Positions 19,473 to 29,965 are shown, counted from the stretch's first letter. The stretch: DNA of 64,000 nucleotides from an uncultured Ignavibacteriales bacterium (GCA_964611355.1 CAZSYD010000003.1:16872-80871); one strand, 5' to 3'. A program made the numbers and translations. Notes: generated by a model from the sequence alone, not told the origin.

Positions 19473-20711
19473 TTGAAAAAAGCCTTGTTGATTGCCTATA
19501 ATTATCCTCCCCTTAATAACGGCGGCGTCCAACGGTCATTGAAGTTTGTTAAGTTCCTGCCTCAACACGGTATCAATGTGGTCGTGCTGACGCGCTCCTA
19601 TTCGGAAACAAACCCGGAAAATCAAAACGGCGTAATCCGCGTGCCGGATAGCTGTCTCCACGGCGAAGATGCCCGGATACATCTCCAGTGTCGCGCCGTC
19701 AGGAAACTCTCGCGCCTGCTGGGTATCTACTTTTCATCCTACAACATGTGGCGTAATAAAGCAATCCGGTTGGCCGATGACATCCTTTCCCGCGTTCGGC
19801 CCGACCTGATTATGGCCACTTTTCCCCCGGCCGCCGCGCTGGAGATCGGTATATCTTTTTCAAAGCGCGCCAATCTGCCGCTTATAGCTGACTTTCGTGA
19901 CGGACTTCTGTTTGAACCGGCCGGCCCGGGTCGCGTCCGCAGGCATGTCAGGGCTTATTATGAAAAACTCGAAAATGAAGTAGTCAACAATTCCGGCGCA
20001 ATCACCACCGTCTCGGAACCGATATCACAATATTTCCGCGAGCGCTACAACCGTAAAAATGTCCTAACTATCGGCAACGGGTTCGATCCGGACGATTTCG
20101 ACAACCTGCCCGAGACAACCGGCGTCGACCGCTCCAAATTCAATATCGTCTATACCGGACGGTTGAGTTTATCCGACGCCGGATGCGATGCGTCATCGTT
20201 CTTTGACGCGTTTCACGAACTGATTTCCAAAGATGATGATATTCGTCGGAAGGTCCGCCTGCATATGATCGGACGGTTCACCCGCCGGGAAATTACCATG
20301 ATGAAAAAACTAATAACCAGCGACGTGCTCATAATCCGAGATATCGTCGAAAAAGATGAGGCCCTGGCCTGTCAGAAAACGGCCGATCTGCTGCTTCTGG
20401 TGACGTCGATCAACCGGCGCAGCGTAATAACGGGAAAACTTTTTGAATATCTCTGTGCCGGAAAACCCGTACTGGCGCTGACGCACAACAGCGCCTGCGG
20501 CCGGATTATTGAAGAGACCGGCGTCGGCTGGGTTGTGCCTCCGCACGACAAGCCGGCGATCAACCGGACGTTGCATAAAATTATCACTGATGCGGATTTC
20601 TACGGGTCCGCATCCGGCGATGCAGGTAAAATTGAAAAATACTCAAGCTCCCGCCAGATTGAAAAGCTGGCCGGAGTTATCAATCAGCTTGCTGGAAAAA
20701 CAGTGGCCTGA
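19473..20711 (+). CDS. glycosyltransferase family 4 (GT-B)
   Basis: LLIAYNYPPLNNGGVQRSLKF sits at the N-terminus and GKLFEYLCAGKPVLAL...ETGVGWVV in the C-terminal domain. I chose the TTG at 19473, which follows AAGGA and lies downstream of the asnB-like stop. The listed ATG at 19422 would overlap the upstream gene by 37 nt. Confidence 0.7.
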   Translation: MKKALLIAYNYPPLNNGGVQRSLKFVKFLPQHGINVVVLTRSYSETNPENQNGVIRVPDSCLHGEDARIHLQCRAVRKLSRLLGIYFSSYNMWRNKAIRLADDILSRVRPDLIMATFPPAAALEIGISFSKRANLPLIADFRDGLLFEPAGPGRVRRHVRAYYEKLENEVVNNSGAITTVSEPISQYFRERYNRKNVLTIGNGFDPDDFDNLPETTGVDRSKFNIVYTGRLSLSDAGCDASSFFDAFHELISKDDDIRRKVRLHMIGRFTRREITMMKKLITSDVLIIRDIVEKDEALACQKTADLLLLVTSINRRSVITGKLFEYLCAGKPVLALTHNSACGRIIEETGVGWVVPPHDKPAINRTLHKIITDADFYGSASGDAGKIEKYSSSRQIEKLAGVINQLAGKTVA

Positions 20712-20816
20712 TCAGTTTCTCCCGCATCGTCGAATGCCTGATAAATATAGTTGCCTAAACCACCTTTTTGTCTTAATAATTTAGAAAGGAATCGATTCTT
20801 CGCCAGAGGAAGGCTG

Positions 20817-21881
20817 ATGGTGTTGCCGGGCAAAGATCCCAAAGTATATGTTATCATCCTCAACTACAACGGCTGGTCGGATACTATCGAATGCCTGGAA
20901 AGCGTTATAAGGCTTCACTACGGCAACTTCCGGGTTATACTTGTCGATAACGATTCGACTGACGGTTCGGTGGAGAAGATTAAACTCTGGGCGGCAGGGA
21001 AACTCGATATCTGGAGAAATGTCAGGAACATATTAAGGAGTATGACTTATCCGCCGGTGACCAAGCCGATTCGGATCATTGAGTACAACCGCGAAGAGAC
21101 CGAAAGCGGCGGTGATGCGGGGATGGAAAAAGAGCTATACTCCGGTGAAGATACACCTGCATCAATCGTTTTGATCAACTCAGGCGGGAATCTCGGTTTT
21201 GCCGGAGGGAACAACATCGGTATCCGTTACGCCACAAAAGACAAAAGCTGTCAACATATCTGGCTGGTTAACAATGATACCGTGGTTGACCCTGACGCCT
21301 TGACAAGGCTTATTGAGCGGATGCAACAGAAACCTGAAGCCGGTCTTTGCGGCTCGACGCTTCTTTATTACCATGACCCGAAAAAAGTCCAGGCCCTGGC
21401 CGGCGCCACTTACAATAAATGGCTGGCCGTCTCCAGGCATATCGGCGTTTGGCGGGACGCCGACACTCCGGTAGACAAGAAAGAGATTGAAAGTAAGTTA
21501 TCCTACATCATTGGCGCATCGGTTCTCTTTTCCAGCGAGTTTATAGAACGGGTCGGGTTGATGTGCGAGGATTACTTTTTCTATTTTGACGAACTGGACT
21601 GGAGCGTTCGAGCCGGAAGCCGTTTTGCCATGGCCTATGCGCCGCGCAGCATCGTCTATCACAAAGAGGGCAGTTCCATCGGCGTCAGTCCCGGGGCCGC
21701 GCATAAAAGTAAACTGGCCGATTATTACTGGATCAAAAACCGAATCCTGTTTACCCGCAAATTTTATCCATATGCGCTGCCGACGGTTTACATGAGTATG
21801 CTGGGAGCAATCATAAACAGGATTCGTCGAAAACAATGGGACCGTGTACTGATGATAATTAAGATTACTCTTGGATTATGA
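20817..21881 (+). CDS. glycosyltransferase family 2
   Basis: VYVIILNYNGWSDTIECLESV...VILVDNDSTDGS is the GT2 signature. The ATG at 20817 is preceded by AGGAAGG. The listed start at 20751 is TTG. Confidence 0.85.
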   Translation: MVLPGKDPKVYVIILNYNGWSDTIECLESVIRLHYGNFRVILVDNDSTDGSVEKIKLWAAGKLDIWRNVRNILRSMTYPPVTKPIRIIEYNREETESGGDAGMEKELYSGEDTPASIVLINSGGNLGFAGGNNIGIRYATKDKSCQHIWLVNNDTVVDPDALTRLIERMQQKPEAGLCGSTLLYYHDPKKVQALAGATYNKWLAVSRHIGVWRDADTPVDKKEIESKLSYIIGASVLFSSEFIERVGLMCEDYFFYFDELDWSVRAGSRFAMAYAPRSIVYHKEGSSIGVSPGAAHKSKLADYYWIKNRILFTRKFYPYALPTVYMSMLGAIINRIRRKQWDRVLMIIKITLGL

Positions 21882-23113
21882 TTGGTTTTCTCATATCAGT
21901 TTGGGTGGCTCTGATTGGAGCAGAAAGAATTGATTTTTTCGATGGCGGCGGATCGTTTGTCCTGACGCCTTTTCTGGTCCTTTCACCCTTGATTATCCTG
22001 GCCGGGCTGGTATGGGTAATTTACAGAGATTCCGACTCGCGCTGGTCTTTTAACCTGCGGGCGGCAATTATTCCCTTTGTCCTGTCCATACTGGCCTTTT
22101 TGATTTTGAACCTGGCGGCGACTATTTTCGGCCTGGACGTAACTCTGGGTGCCAGGCGATTTATTCTGCTGATGCTAATCCTCATCTATTCGTCGGCCAT
22201 ATTACTGCTTTTAGGCAAATCCGTCAATCCGACGCGGGCGCTGATTCACGGCGCCTACGCCGGTCTTGCCGTCTATTTTCTTTTCAGTGTGGCCGAACTT
22301 GTCAATTGGCTGACCGGCATGTTTACGAATATGCCGATTATCAATCTCGTGCCGGCCACCATCGGGCCTTTTGCTCCAAGAGTATCGGGCATGTCGCTTG
22401 ACCCCAATCGTGGGGGGATGCTGATAGTTGTTTACACATTCATAATCATCAGGTTTGCCGGGCGTTCAAAAATACGGACTATATGTTTCTGCCTCGCGGC
22501 GGTTATGCTGCTTTTAACCCTTTCAAAAACGGCCCTGATCGCAGCCGTGGTGATGCTTCTGGTTCTCTCTTTTCAGAATCCGGGCTGGGCGGTTCGAAAC
22601 AAAAGGACGATATTCAATCTCGCCATGGGGCTGGCGATCTTTTCGTTCCTGATTTTCCATTTTGTCGATATCGGCGGAGCCGACGCGCCCTTCAATCTGG
22701 AGGAGGCCGTCACGGAGCGGCTGGCTATATCGGAGGAAACATCAGGCGGCATTCACCTGGCTCTTCTGACGCGGGGATTCGAGGTGGCGTTTTCAAGCAT
22801 GAAAAACCTGCTGATCGGCATCGGTTTCGGCGCTTCCCACGTAGTGTTGGACGACTTTTTCCCCGGCAACAAGTACGCCAACTTTCACTGCGGCTATATT
22901 TCGGTGATGGTGGAGTCGGGCATTTTATCGCTGGGGTTATTTCTGTTTTTATATTTCTACCCGATCTTCCGGAGGAAAAGTTATCTTCCGCTTATCCTGG
23001 GAATCGCGTCGTTCAACCTGTTTTACCAGCTTACCCTTGACCCGTTCTTCTGGTTTTGCATGCTTTTGTTCTGGAATAATTTTGGATATACTCGGAAAAA
23101 TAAATCAACCTGA
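21878..23113 (+). CDS. O-antigen ligase/polymerase-like membrane protein (Wzy_C-type)
   Basis: 411 aa and polytopic. LTLSKTALIAAVV and FHCGYISVMVESGILSLG resemble the O-antigen ligase family motifs. It overlaps the upstream GT2 gene as ATGA. Confidence 0.7.
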   Translation: MIGFLISVWVALIGAERIDFFDGGGSFVLTPFLVLSPLIILAGLVWVIYRDSDSRWSFNLRAAIIPFVLSILAFLILNLAATIFGLDVTLGARRFILLMLILIYSSAILLLLGKSVNPTRALIHGAYAGLAVYFLFSVAELVNWLTGMFTNMPIINLVPATIGPFAPRVSGMSLDPNRGGMLIVVYTFIIIRFAGRSKIRTICFCLAAVMLLLTLSKTALIAAVVMLLVLSFQNPGWAVRNKRTIFNLAMGLAIFSFLIFHFVDIGGADAPFNLEEAVTERLAISEETSGGIHLALLTRGFEVAFSSMKNLLIGIGFGASHVVLDDFFPGNKYANFHCGYISVMVESGILSLGLFLFLYFYPIFRRKSYLPLILGIASFNLFYQLTLDPFFWFCMLLFWNNFGYTRKNKST

Positions 23114-23130
23114 TTCTGTTTGACTCAAGT

Positions 23131-24198
23131 ATGCCAATCTTCGTCAACGCCAGATTTCTCACCCAGGATATAACGGGAGTCCAGCGTCATGCGATTGAAT
23201 TATCGAAACGCCTGAAAAGACTTTCCCCGGCAATCCGTTTTATCGCGCCTCAAAACGTTATTCATAAAGATACAGCCAAAGAGCTGTCCGTGGAAATCAC
23301 GGGTAAAGGCACGGGCCACTTCTGGGAGCAGGTTGAACTGCCGCTTTACCTGAAAAAACACGGCGGAGGACTGCTTGTCAACCTGGCCAACACCGCTCCG
23401 CTTTACTATAAACAAAAAATTATCACAATTCACGACACCGGCTTTTTGAGAAATCCCGAGTGGTATTCAAAATATTTCTATTATTTATACAGGTTTCTAA
23501 TCCCACGCATTGCCAAAAATTCCCTGAAAATTATCACCGACAGCGAATTCGCCAGGGAGGAGATAATCGAAACGCTGAAAATACCGGAAAGTAAAGTATC
23601 GGTGGTGTATTGTGCGCCATCGAACGTGTTTCAAAACCGGCCCGGCGAAACGGGAGAAAACAGGTTCGGCGATTATATTTTGACCGTCTCTTCTCTGGAT
23701 CCCAGAAAAAATCTTGAAAGAACCATTCTCGCCTTCAGGAAACTAAACAAGGGCGGTATTAGACTTGTCATTGTCGGTGCGGAAAAGAAAATATTCGCCA
23801 GTCCTTATCTTAAAGATCTGATCCAAAAAGATGATCGGATCACTCTGACCGGCTATGTCGCCGACGAAGAGCTTGTCAGTCTGTATCGGCACGCGAAGTT
23901 TTTTATCTTCGCGTCCCTATATGAAGGGTTCGGCCTGCCGCCACTTGAGGCGATGGCGTGCGATTGTCCCTGTGTGGTAGCCTCGGCTGCATCTCTTCCC
24001 GAGGTGTGTGGCAGCGCCGCTCTCTACTGCGACCCTTATAGTATCGAAGATATTGCCGATAATATATTAAAAATGTTTGTTGATAACGAACTGCGAACCG
24101 GACTTATTAAGCGTGGTCGGGAACGGATAAAGATGTTCGGCTGGGAAAAGTCAGCCAGAGCTATGCTTAAGGTATTGAAGGAATTATCTCAATCATGA
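23131..24198 (+). CDS. glycosyltransferase family 4 (GT-B)
   Basis: 355 aa. SLYEGFGLPPLEAMACDCPCVVASAASLPEVCG is the GT4 E-x7-E region. The gene is AT-rich relative to its neighbours. Confidence 0.85.
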   Translation: MPIFVNARFLTQDITGVQRHAIELSKRLKRLSPAIRFIAPQNVIHKDTAKELSVEITGKGTGHFWEQVELPLYLKKHGGGLLVNLANTAPLYYKQKIITIHDTGFLRNPEWYSKYFYYLYRFLIPRIAKNSLKIITDSEFAREEIIETLKIPESKVSVVYCAPSNVFQNRPGETGENRFGDYILTVSSLDPRKNLERTILAFRKLNKGGIRLVIVGAEKKIFASPYLKDLIQKDDRITLTGYVADEELVSLYRHAKFFIFASLYEGFGLPPLEAMACDCPCVVASAASLPEVCGSAALYCDPYSIEDIADNILKMFVDNELRTGLIKRGRERIKMFGWEKSARAMLKVLKELSQS

Positions 24199-24233
24199 AA
24201 CCGGCCGGTTCCCTGAGAAGGGTTGATTAAAGT

Positions 24234-25337
24234 ATGAGCACCTGTATTATATTCGGCGGGGCCGGTTTTGTAGGAACCTACCTGACCCGGCATTTACTGA
24301 AAACCGGCCGATTCACACACGTTCATCTGGCCGATATCAGGCCGAGCCGCATAGCGGGACAGGAGGGCATCACCACTTCGTTTACCGATGTGCGATTGCC
24401 CATACCCGCCGACCTGGTCGGGGAACGTCCGGAATGGATTTTCAATCTCGCTGCCGTGCACCGCGAGCCGGGACACATTCGCGAAGAATATTACGAAACC
24501 AATCTCAAGGGCGCGCGTAACGTATGCGCCTATGCGGAAGAGGTTGGTTGCAACAACATATATTTCACCAGCAGCATCTCGGTTTACGGCCCCACCGACG
24601 GCCCGACCGATGAAAATTCACCCATTCAGCCGTCAACACCGTACGGTGGCTCCAAGTACCCCGCCGAACTGATTCATGAAGGATGGCGACGCGCCGACTC
24701 AGGTCGGCGACTGATTATTTCCCGGCCGGGCGTGCTGTACGGCCCGGGTGATCCAGGCAACATCCTGCGCATGATTAACGCCGTCAAGAGAGGCTATTTC
24801 GCGTATCCCGGATCGCCGCATATCCACAAATCGTACGGTTACATCTACGGCCTGCTCGACAGTATCGACTTTGTCATGGACAGCGACGTTGACTTTTGCT
24901 GCTACAATTACGTGGAATACCCGACGCAAACGCTTGCGGAACTGGTCGAGATCATCAAGAGTTATTTTGAAACGCGGGCCGTGGTGGTGCATATACCGTT
25001 ATGGATACTGTTCCCGTTCGCCAAAATCGTCCACGCAATATTGAAAAACAAAACGCCGATTCACCCGGTTCGGGTCCGAAAGGCGGCTACGGCGACGCAT
25101 ATCATACCCCGGGTCCTGACAGATATGGGATTCAGGTTCAAATACGACTTCGAATATTCGCTTACCCATTGGGAGATGATCGCGCCGGAAGATTTCGGAC
25201 CACGAAACGGAAAGACAACCCAGCCCGTACGGGCCAGGATAAAAATAGGGCGTGGCCGGGAAGACATGCCCGCGCCCGCGCCGGCAAATAAGCCGAAAAC
25301 AGCGGCAGTCGAGGAAAAGGAGGAAGTCGCCGAATGA
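24234..25337 (+). CDS. NAD-dependent sugar epimerase/dehydratase (extended SDR family)
   Basis: 367 aa with IFGGAGFVGTYL, SSISVYG and YGGSKYPAE, plus a Pro/Ala/Lys/Glu-rich C-terminal tail. Confidence 0.75.
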   Translation: MSTCIIFGGAGFVGTYLTRHLLKTGRFTHVHLADIRPSRIAGQEGITTSFTDVRLPIPADLVGERPEWIFNLAAVHREPGHIREEYYETNLKGARNVCAYAEEVGCNNIYFTSSISVYGPTDGPTDENSPIQPSTPYGGSKYPAELIHEGWRRADSGRRLIISRPGVLYGPGDPGNILRMINAVKRGYFAYPGSPHIHKSYGYIYGLLDSIDFVMDSDVDFCCYNYVEYPTQTLAELVEIIKSYFETRAVVVHIPLWILFPFAKIVHAILKNKTPIHPVRVRKAATATHIIPRVLTDMGFRFKYDFEYSLTHWEMIAPEDFGPRNGKTTQPVRARIKIGRGREDMPAPAPANKPKTAAVEEKEEVAE

Positions 25338-26578
25338 CCGCCGAGACGGCCCCTTCGACCGACTTCGCCTCTCTCAGGGTAGCCATCGTCCACGAATGGC
25401 TTGTTGATTACTCCGGTTCCGAACGCGTCGTGGAACAGATGCTCAACGTTTTTCCGCAGGCTGACCTGTACGCGCAGGTGGAATTTCTTCCCGACAAGCT
25501 TCGCGGTTTTATCCGGAACAAAAAAGTTGTCACCTCGTTTATTCAAAAACTACCCAAAGCTCGAACCAAATACCGGGCATATCTGCCGCTGATGCCGCTG
25601 GCGGTGGAGCAGTTCGACCTGTCCGATTATGACCTTGTGATCTCAAGCAACCATGCCGTAGCCAAGGGCGTCATTACCGGGCCCGATCAGCTTCACGTCT
25701 GCATGTGCTATTCCCCGATTCGCTACGCCTGGGATTTGACCCATCAATACCTCCGGGAATCCGGTCTGACGAAAGGCCTGAAAGGGTGGCTAGCCAAAAT
25801 TATCCTGCACCGGATCAGAATGTGGGACTGCCGCACGGCCAACGGCGTTGATGAATTTATCGCTATATCAAATTATATTGCACGGCGGATCAAGAAAACT
25901 TACCGACGACCATCGAAGGTTATTTATCCGCCGGTTGATACCGATGCGTTCGAACTGAAAACCGAGAAAGAGAATTTTTATCTGACTGTCTCGCGAATGG
26001 TGCCCTATAAACGCGTTGACCTGATTGTCGAGGCCTTCAGCCGCATGCCGGATAAAAAACTTGTCGTCATCGGCGACGGCCCCGATTTCAGGAAAATCAG
26101 GCAAAAAGCCGGGCCCAACGTCGAGCTGCTCGGTTTCCGGGAGCTTGAAACGGTTCGGGACTATATGCAGCGCGCCTGCGCTTTCGTTTTCGCCGCCCTG
26201 GAAGATTTCGGGATCGTTCCGGTCGAAGCGCAATCGTGCGGCACGCCGGTGATTGCTTACGGCAGGGGCGGGGCGCTTGAAACGGTCGTAGAAGGAAAAA
26301 CCGGGATATTTTTCAAGGAGCAGAATCCTGACTGCATCATTGATGCCATCAATCGATTTGAGAAAATAAGAAGCCGCTTTGATCCGCGCGAAATCCAATC
26401 AAACACTCAGCGTTTTTCAATAAAGCGATTCGAAAGTGAATTCAGGCAGTTTATGAAAAAAACAATCGATTTGCATTATGCCCGCCAGGCCGCGCCTGCT
26501 CCACAGCGATTGCGTCTGAAAGGCAAACCGGAAGTACGCAATCGTATTATTGACAATGAAGCGCTGAAAAATCAATAA
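25334..26578 (+). CDS. glycosyltransferase family 4 (GT-B)
   Basis: 414 aa with VAIVHEWLVDYSGSERV and ALEDFGIVPVEAQSCGTPVIAYGRGGALETV. It overlaps the upstream gene as ATGA. Confidence 0.85.
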   Translation: MTAETAPSTDFASLRVAIVHEWLVDYSGSERVVEQMLNVFPQADLYAQVEFLPDKLRGFIRNKKVVTSFIQKLPKARTKYRAYLPLMPLAVEQFDLSDYDLVISSNHAVAKGVITGPDQLHVCMCYSPIRYAWDLTHQYLRESGLTKGLKGWLAKIILHRIRMWDCRTANGVDEFIAISNYIARRIKKTYRRPSKVIYPPVDTDAFELKTEKENFYLTVSRMVPYKRVDLIVEAFSRMPDKKLVVIGDGPDFRKIRQKAGPNVELLGFRELETVRDYMQRACAFVFAALEDFGIVPVEAQSCGTPVIAYGRGGALETVVEGKTGIFFKEQNPDCIIDAINRFEKIRSRFDPREIQSNTQRFSIKRFESEFRQFMKKTIDLHYARQAAPAPQRLRLKGKPEVRNRIIDNEALKNQ

Positions 26579-26782
26579 GCACATATCCCGTTCCCCCCGA
26601 CAAGGGAACATTTTTCAGAATAATGCCGGATTATTTTTCCACCGGATAATAAGTGTCCTGCTTTCGCCTTTATATGTTGCCCGTAATGCTATATCGCGCA
26701 ACCTGATACGGCGTTCCGCAAAGACGCCGTAACCGGCATGCTTCTTGTTACTCACATGGTGGGAAAATGACGGGAACAGTAT

Positions 26783-27910
26783 ATGCGCAAAAAGATCACG
26801 ATAAGAGACGGTTGCTGCGATGCCGAGGATGAAAGCGGTTTGATGAATAATCACGCCGATTCCGAGACGGGAATTACCGGAAACGACGTTAACCTGCTGG
26901 ATATGATCGGACACCTTTTCAGATACAAAAAGATTATCGCCGCGGCGGTGCTTCTGATTATGCTGGCGGCCACCGTGAAGGTTTTATTGACGGCCAACGT
27001 CTATCAATCGCGCGCTACCATACTCCCTTCGGGCAAAGCTGACAAACTGTCCCAGTTGAAACGGCTGGCCGGATTGGGCGGTTCGCAGGCTGAAGGCGAA
27101 AATTCATCCGAACTGTTTCCCGTTATCCTTCGCTCCCGGTTGATAAGAGACGCCGTGCTGAGCAAAACCTATTCGTTCACACACAAGGACGAAAAGCTGA
27201 CCATGACGTTGAAAGATTATCTTGGCCTCGATAATCCGGACGCACTGCGCACTCAGTTGCGCGATATGACATCAATGGCCACGGATAATAACGGCATCAT
27301 AAAACTTGCCGCAACCACGACGTATCCCGAATTGTCGCAGGCGGTGGTAAAAGAGTACCTGACTCAACTGGAAAATTACAACATGCATAAACGTCGGTCC
27401 CGGGCCAAAGAAAACGCCGCATATTTGAGCCGCCAATTGGATAATACCAAAAAGGATTTGGCTCTGGCTGAAGATAAACTTGAGCAGTTTCAGCTTGTCA
27501 ACAGCGACTGGGCAGCCGGCATGGATCCGACCATTATCAAAGAACTTGGCCGCCTTCAACGCGAGGTCGAAGTCAAATCGCAGACCCAACTGTTCCTTAT
27601 GCAGGAACATGAAATCGCCAGGCTGAACATTCAAAAGGATATCCCCATCGTTTGCGTCCTCGATGAACCGTCCCTGCCGACTCTCAAATCAGGACCGCAT
27701 CGCAGGATTATTGTTTTTCTCTCCGGCATGATTGCTTTCCTTGGCACGGCCTTTGTCATCCTGCTGTTTGAAGCTCTCGGCAAAAAGAGACGCGGGCCGG
27801 ATAAAGAATCCTACAAATACCTGCGCAATAGTTTTTCGCAGGCTTTTCCACGAACCGATAAGGTTGTAAATAGAATCGGTCGCCTGGCCAGGGAAAAGAT
27901 AAACGCGTAG
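26783..27910 (+). CDS. Wzz-like polysaccharide chain-length determinant (PCP) without kinase domain
   Basis: There is one TM near the N-terminus (IIAAAVLLIMLAATV), a long central region that looks like coiled coil, and a second TM near the C-terminus (IIVFLSGMIAFLGTAFVILLF). No Walker motifs are seen. An alternative start is the ATG at 26843. Confidence 0.65.
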   Translation: MRKKITIRDGCCDAEDESGLMNNHADSETGITGNDVNLLDMIGHLFRYKKIIAAAVLLIMLAATVKVLLTANVYQSRATILPSGKADKLSQLKRLAGLGGSQAEGENSSELFPVILRSRLIRDAVLSKTYSFTHKDEKLTMTLKDYLGLDNPDALRTQLRDMTSMATDNNGIIKLAATTTYPELSQAVVKEYLTQLENYNMHKRRSRAKENAAYLSRQLDNTKKDLALAEDKLEQFQLVNSDWAAGMDPTIIKELGRLQREVEVKSQTQLFLMQEHEIARLNIQKDIPIVCVLDEPSLPTLKSGPHRRIIVFLSGMIAFLGTAFVILLFEALGKKRRGPDKESYKYLRNSFSQAFPRTDKVVNRIGRLAREKINA

Positions 27911-28200
27911 CAAGTCCAATCCTTACTATCTACTTATCAGGAAAACAATTCCCAGCGCATTGGAAAAAAACGCCGTTTTTGATTACCAAGCGATAAAGCG
28001 GCAATTCCTCACACAAACGAAATTCTTGTAATTGACGGGTCGGTAAGATGTTACGATTCCCGCCGGACATCCGTCTCCCCGGCATCATCGTTGCTTAACT
28101 ATTGAACAGATCACACACACCGCTTCGAATGCGAAATCGATCGCTTGCATCCGCAGCGGAAAGACCGAAACGACTACCGGAACGGGCGAAGGAGGAAACG

Positions 28201-29235
28201 ATGAAAGCGATCATTACCGGCATCACAGGTCAGGACGGCTCTTATCTGGCCGAATTTCTGCTCTCTCGCGGATATGAAGTTCACGGAACCGTCCGGCACT
28301 CATCGGGAGACCAGTTTGAACGAATAAGCCACATTATCGACCGCCTGCATATTCATCAGGCCGATCTGCTCGACCAGTTATCAATCATTCACCTTATAGA
28401 AGAGATCAAACCGGACGAGGTTTATAACCTGGCCGCTTATTCATCGCCCGCGGGCGGCTGGCATCAGCCGATCACCTGCAGTCTGCTCAACGCCCAGGTC
28501 GTAATAAGGATACTCGAAGCGATCAGGATGATCGATCTCAAAATCCGTTTCTTCCAGGCCTCGACGGCGGCGATGTTCGGACAGCCGGCCGAATCCCCGC
28601 AAAATGAACAGACGCCGTTTTATCCCGATTCACCATACGGGGCCGCCAAGCTGTATGCCCACTGGACGACGGTCAATTATCGGAACAGGTACGGAATTAA
28701 AACCTGTAGCGGCATTCTTTTCGACCACGAATCACCCCGGCGGAGCCTGGAGTTTGTCACTCGCCGTATCACCCATGCAGTCGCCCGCATAAAATTAGGC
28801 CTCCAGGAAAAGCTGGTTCTGGATACCCTTGATATCAATCGTGACTGGGGATTTGCGGGAGATTATGTCCGGGCATTCTGGATGATGTTGCAACAGCCGA
28901 TACCGGATGATTATGCAATCGCCTCAGGGAAGACGCATTCGCTCGAGGATTTCTGCCGGACGGCATTCGCCGCCGCCAATCTCGACTGGCGCGATTATGT
29001 CGTTATCGAAAACCCGTTTAACCGTCCAATCAAGGCATATCCCTTAAGAGGCGACACCTCGCGGGCGCGCCGGAAATTGCTCTGGGAACCGGAAATCTCC
29101 TTCGAAGAGACAGTAAAGATGATGGTGGAAGCCGACATGGCCCGGCACTCCTTCACCAACCGGCTGCGCGCCGATCTGGAACGGGAAGAAAAGCAACGCT
29201 GGAGCCTGTCGCGGCAGGGAATGAAAACGAAATGA
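28201..29235 (+). CDS. gmd: GDP-mannose 4,6-dehydratase
   Basis: MKAIITGITGQDGSYLAEFLLSRGYEVHG and SPYGAAKLYAHW are Gmd hallmarks. The ATG at 28201 follows GGAGGAAACG. The listed upstream extension from 28102 is Arg/Ser-rich and implausible. Confidence 0.9.
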   Translation: MKAIITGITGQDGSYLAEFLLSRGYEVHGTVRHSSGDQFERISHIIDRLHIHQADLLDQLSIIHLIEEIKPDEVYNLAAYSSPAGGWHQPITCSLLNAQVVIRILEAIRMIDLKIRFFQASTAAMFGQPAESPQNEQTPFYPDSPYGAAKLYAHWTTVNYRNRYGIKTCSGILFDHESPRRSLEFVTRRITHAVARIKLGLQEKLVLDTLDINRDWGFAGDYVRAFWMMLQQPIPDDYAIASGKTHSLEDFCRTAFAAANLDWRDYVVIENPFNRPIKAYPLRGDTSRARRKLLWEPEISFEETVKMMVEADMARHSFTNRLRADLEREEKQRWSLSRQGMKTK

Positions 29236-29750
29236 TCCCGCTGGATATGAAAATCAATACCCGGGCAACCAACCGCCCGAAAATGACGCGGCCCATTAGA
29301 CTTGCCATATCCGAACCCGACCGACCCACACCGGCCACCAAAACCGCCGAAAAGATAGTTGCCTCCTGCCTGGAAAATATTCGCTTCCTCAATCGTCACC
29401 TGAAACGGTTTGAAAAATACCTGCAACTACCGCCGGAAATCGACAATGTCCTTTACCTGGCCTATACCCTAAAAGTCCGCCCGGATGCTCCCTTTGAAAC
29501 GCGCGAGTTCAGGAAGTGGCTGGCGGGGGCCGGTATTGAAACCAGGCCAAAGTTCAGCTTTATGGCCGATCTACAGGCCCCTTATTGCGGCCCGGCAACC
29601 GACCGGATGGATATTTTCACTAAAGGCAGAGATGACAGTATATTCTGCGCACCCTGTCATTATCACCTGAGCATCCTCGACCTGCAACACATAATAGAGA
29701 CGTTCGAATCGTTCTTTCGCTCAATTAATGATATAGAAGGCCTGAATTGA
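29232..29750 (+). CDS. C-terminal-domain fragment of a DegT/RfbH(ColD)-like PLP enzyme (possible gene remnant)
   Basis: 172 aa. Residues from about 55 onward (NRHLKRFEKYLQLPPE...LYLAYTLKV...FETREFRKWLAGAGIETRPKFSFMADLQAPY...CHYHLSILDLQHIIETFESFF) look like the small C-terminal domain of this family. The N-terminal PLP-binding domain of about 250 aa is absent. It overlaps the gmd stop as ATGA. Confidence 0.5.
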   Translation: MIPLDMKINTRATNRPKMTRPIRLAISEPDRPTPATKTAEKIVASCLENIRFLNRHLKRFEKYLQLPPEIDNVLYLAYTLKVRPDAPFETREFRKWLAGAGIETRPKFSFMADLQAPYCGPATDRMDIFTKGRDDSIFCAPCHYHLSILDLQHIIETFESFFRSINDIEGLN

Positions 29751-29965
29751 GGATTTTAACGGTTAAAAAAGAGACTCAAATGACCGATAACGCTTCAAAG
29801 CTAACCAAGGAACAGAAATTAAATCTGAACATAGTACTGAAAAAGGCAAGGGGGCAATCTTCCATGGCAGTTTCGGTTGACGATAATATCGATTTCCCCG
29901 GATTAAGCAACACGGCCGAATCGCCGAAATCGACCAGAGACGATACATCCGGAGGCTGTCTCTGA
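29747..29965 (+). CDS. small hydrophilic hypothetical protein
   Basis: 72 aa (or 61 aa from the internal Met). Its TGA shares one nucleotide with the ATG of the downstream phosphoglycosyltransferase. I recognise no motif, and it may not be expressed. Confidence 0.3.
   Translation: MRILTVKKETQMTDNASKLTKEQKLNLNIVLKKARGQSSMAVSVDDNIDFPGLSNTAESPKSTRDDTSGGCL

Noticed and set aside
22483-23040. A 185-aa alternate-frame + strand ORF inside the Wzy_C-type gene.
   Set aside because: It has Arg/Gly-rich low-complexity translation. The overlapping frame gives a coherent polytopic membrane protein.
26615-26914. A 99-aa minus-strand ORF between the GT4 gene and the Wzz-like gene.
   Set aside because: It overlaps the 5' end of the Wzz-like gene in antisense. 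It has no motif and no RBS, and it would interrupt an otherwise strictly co-directional operon.
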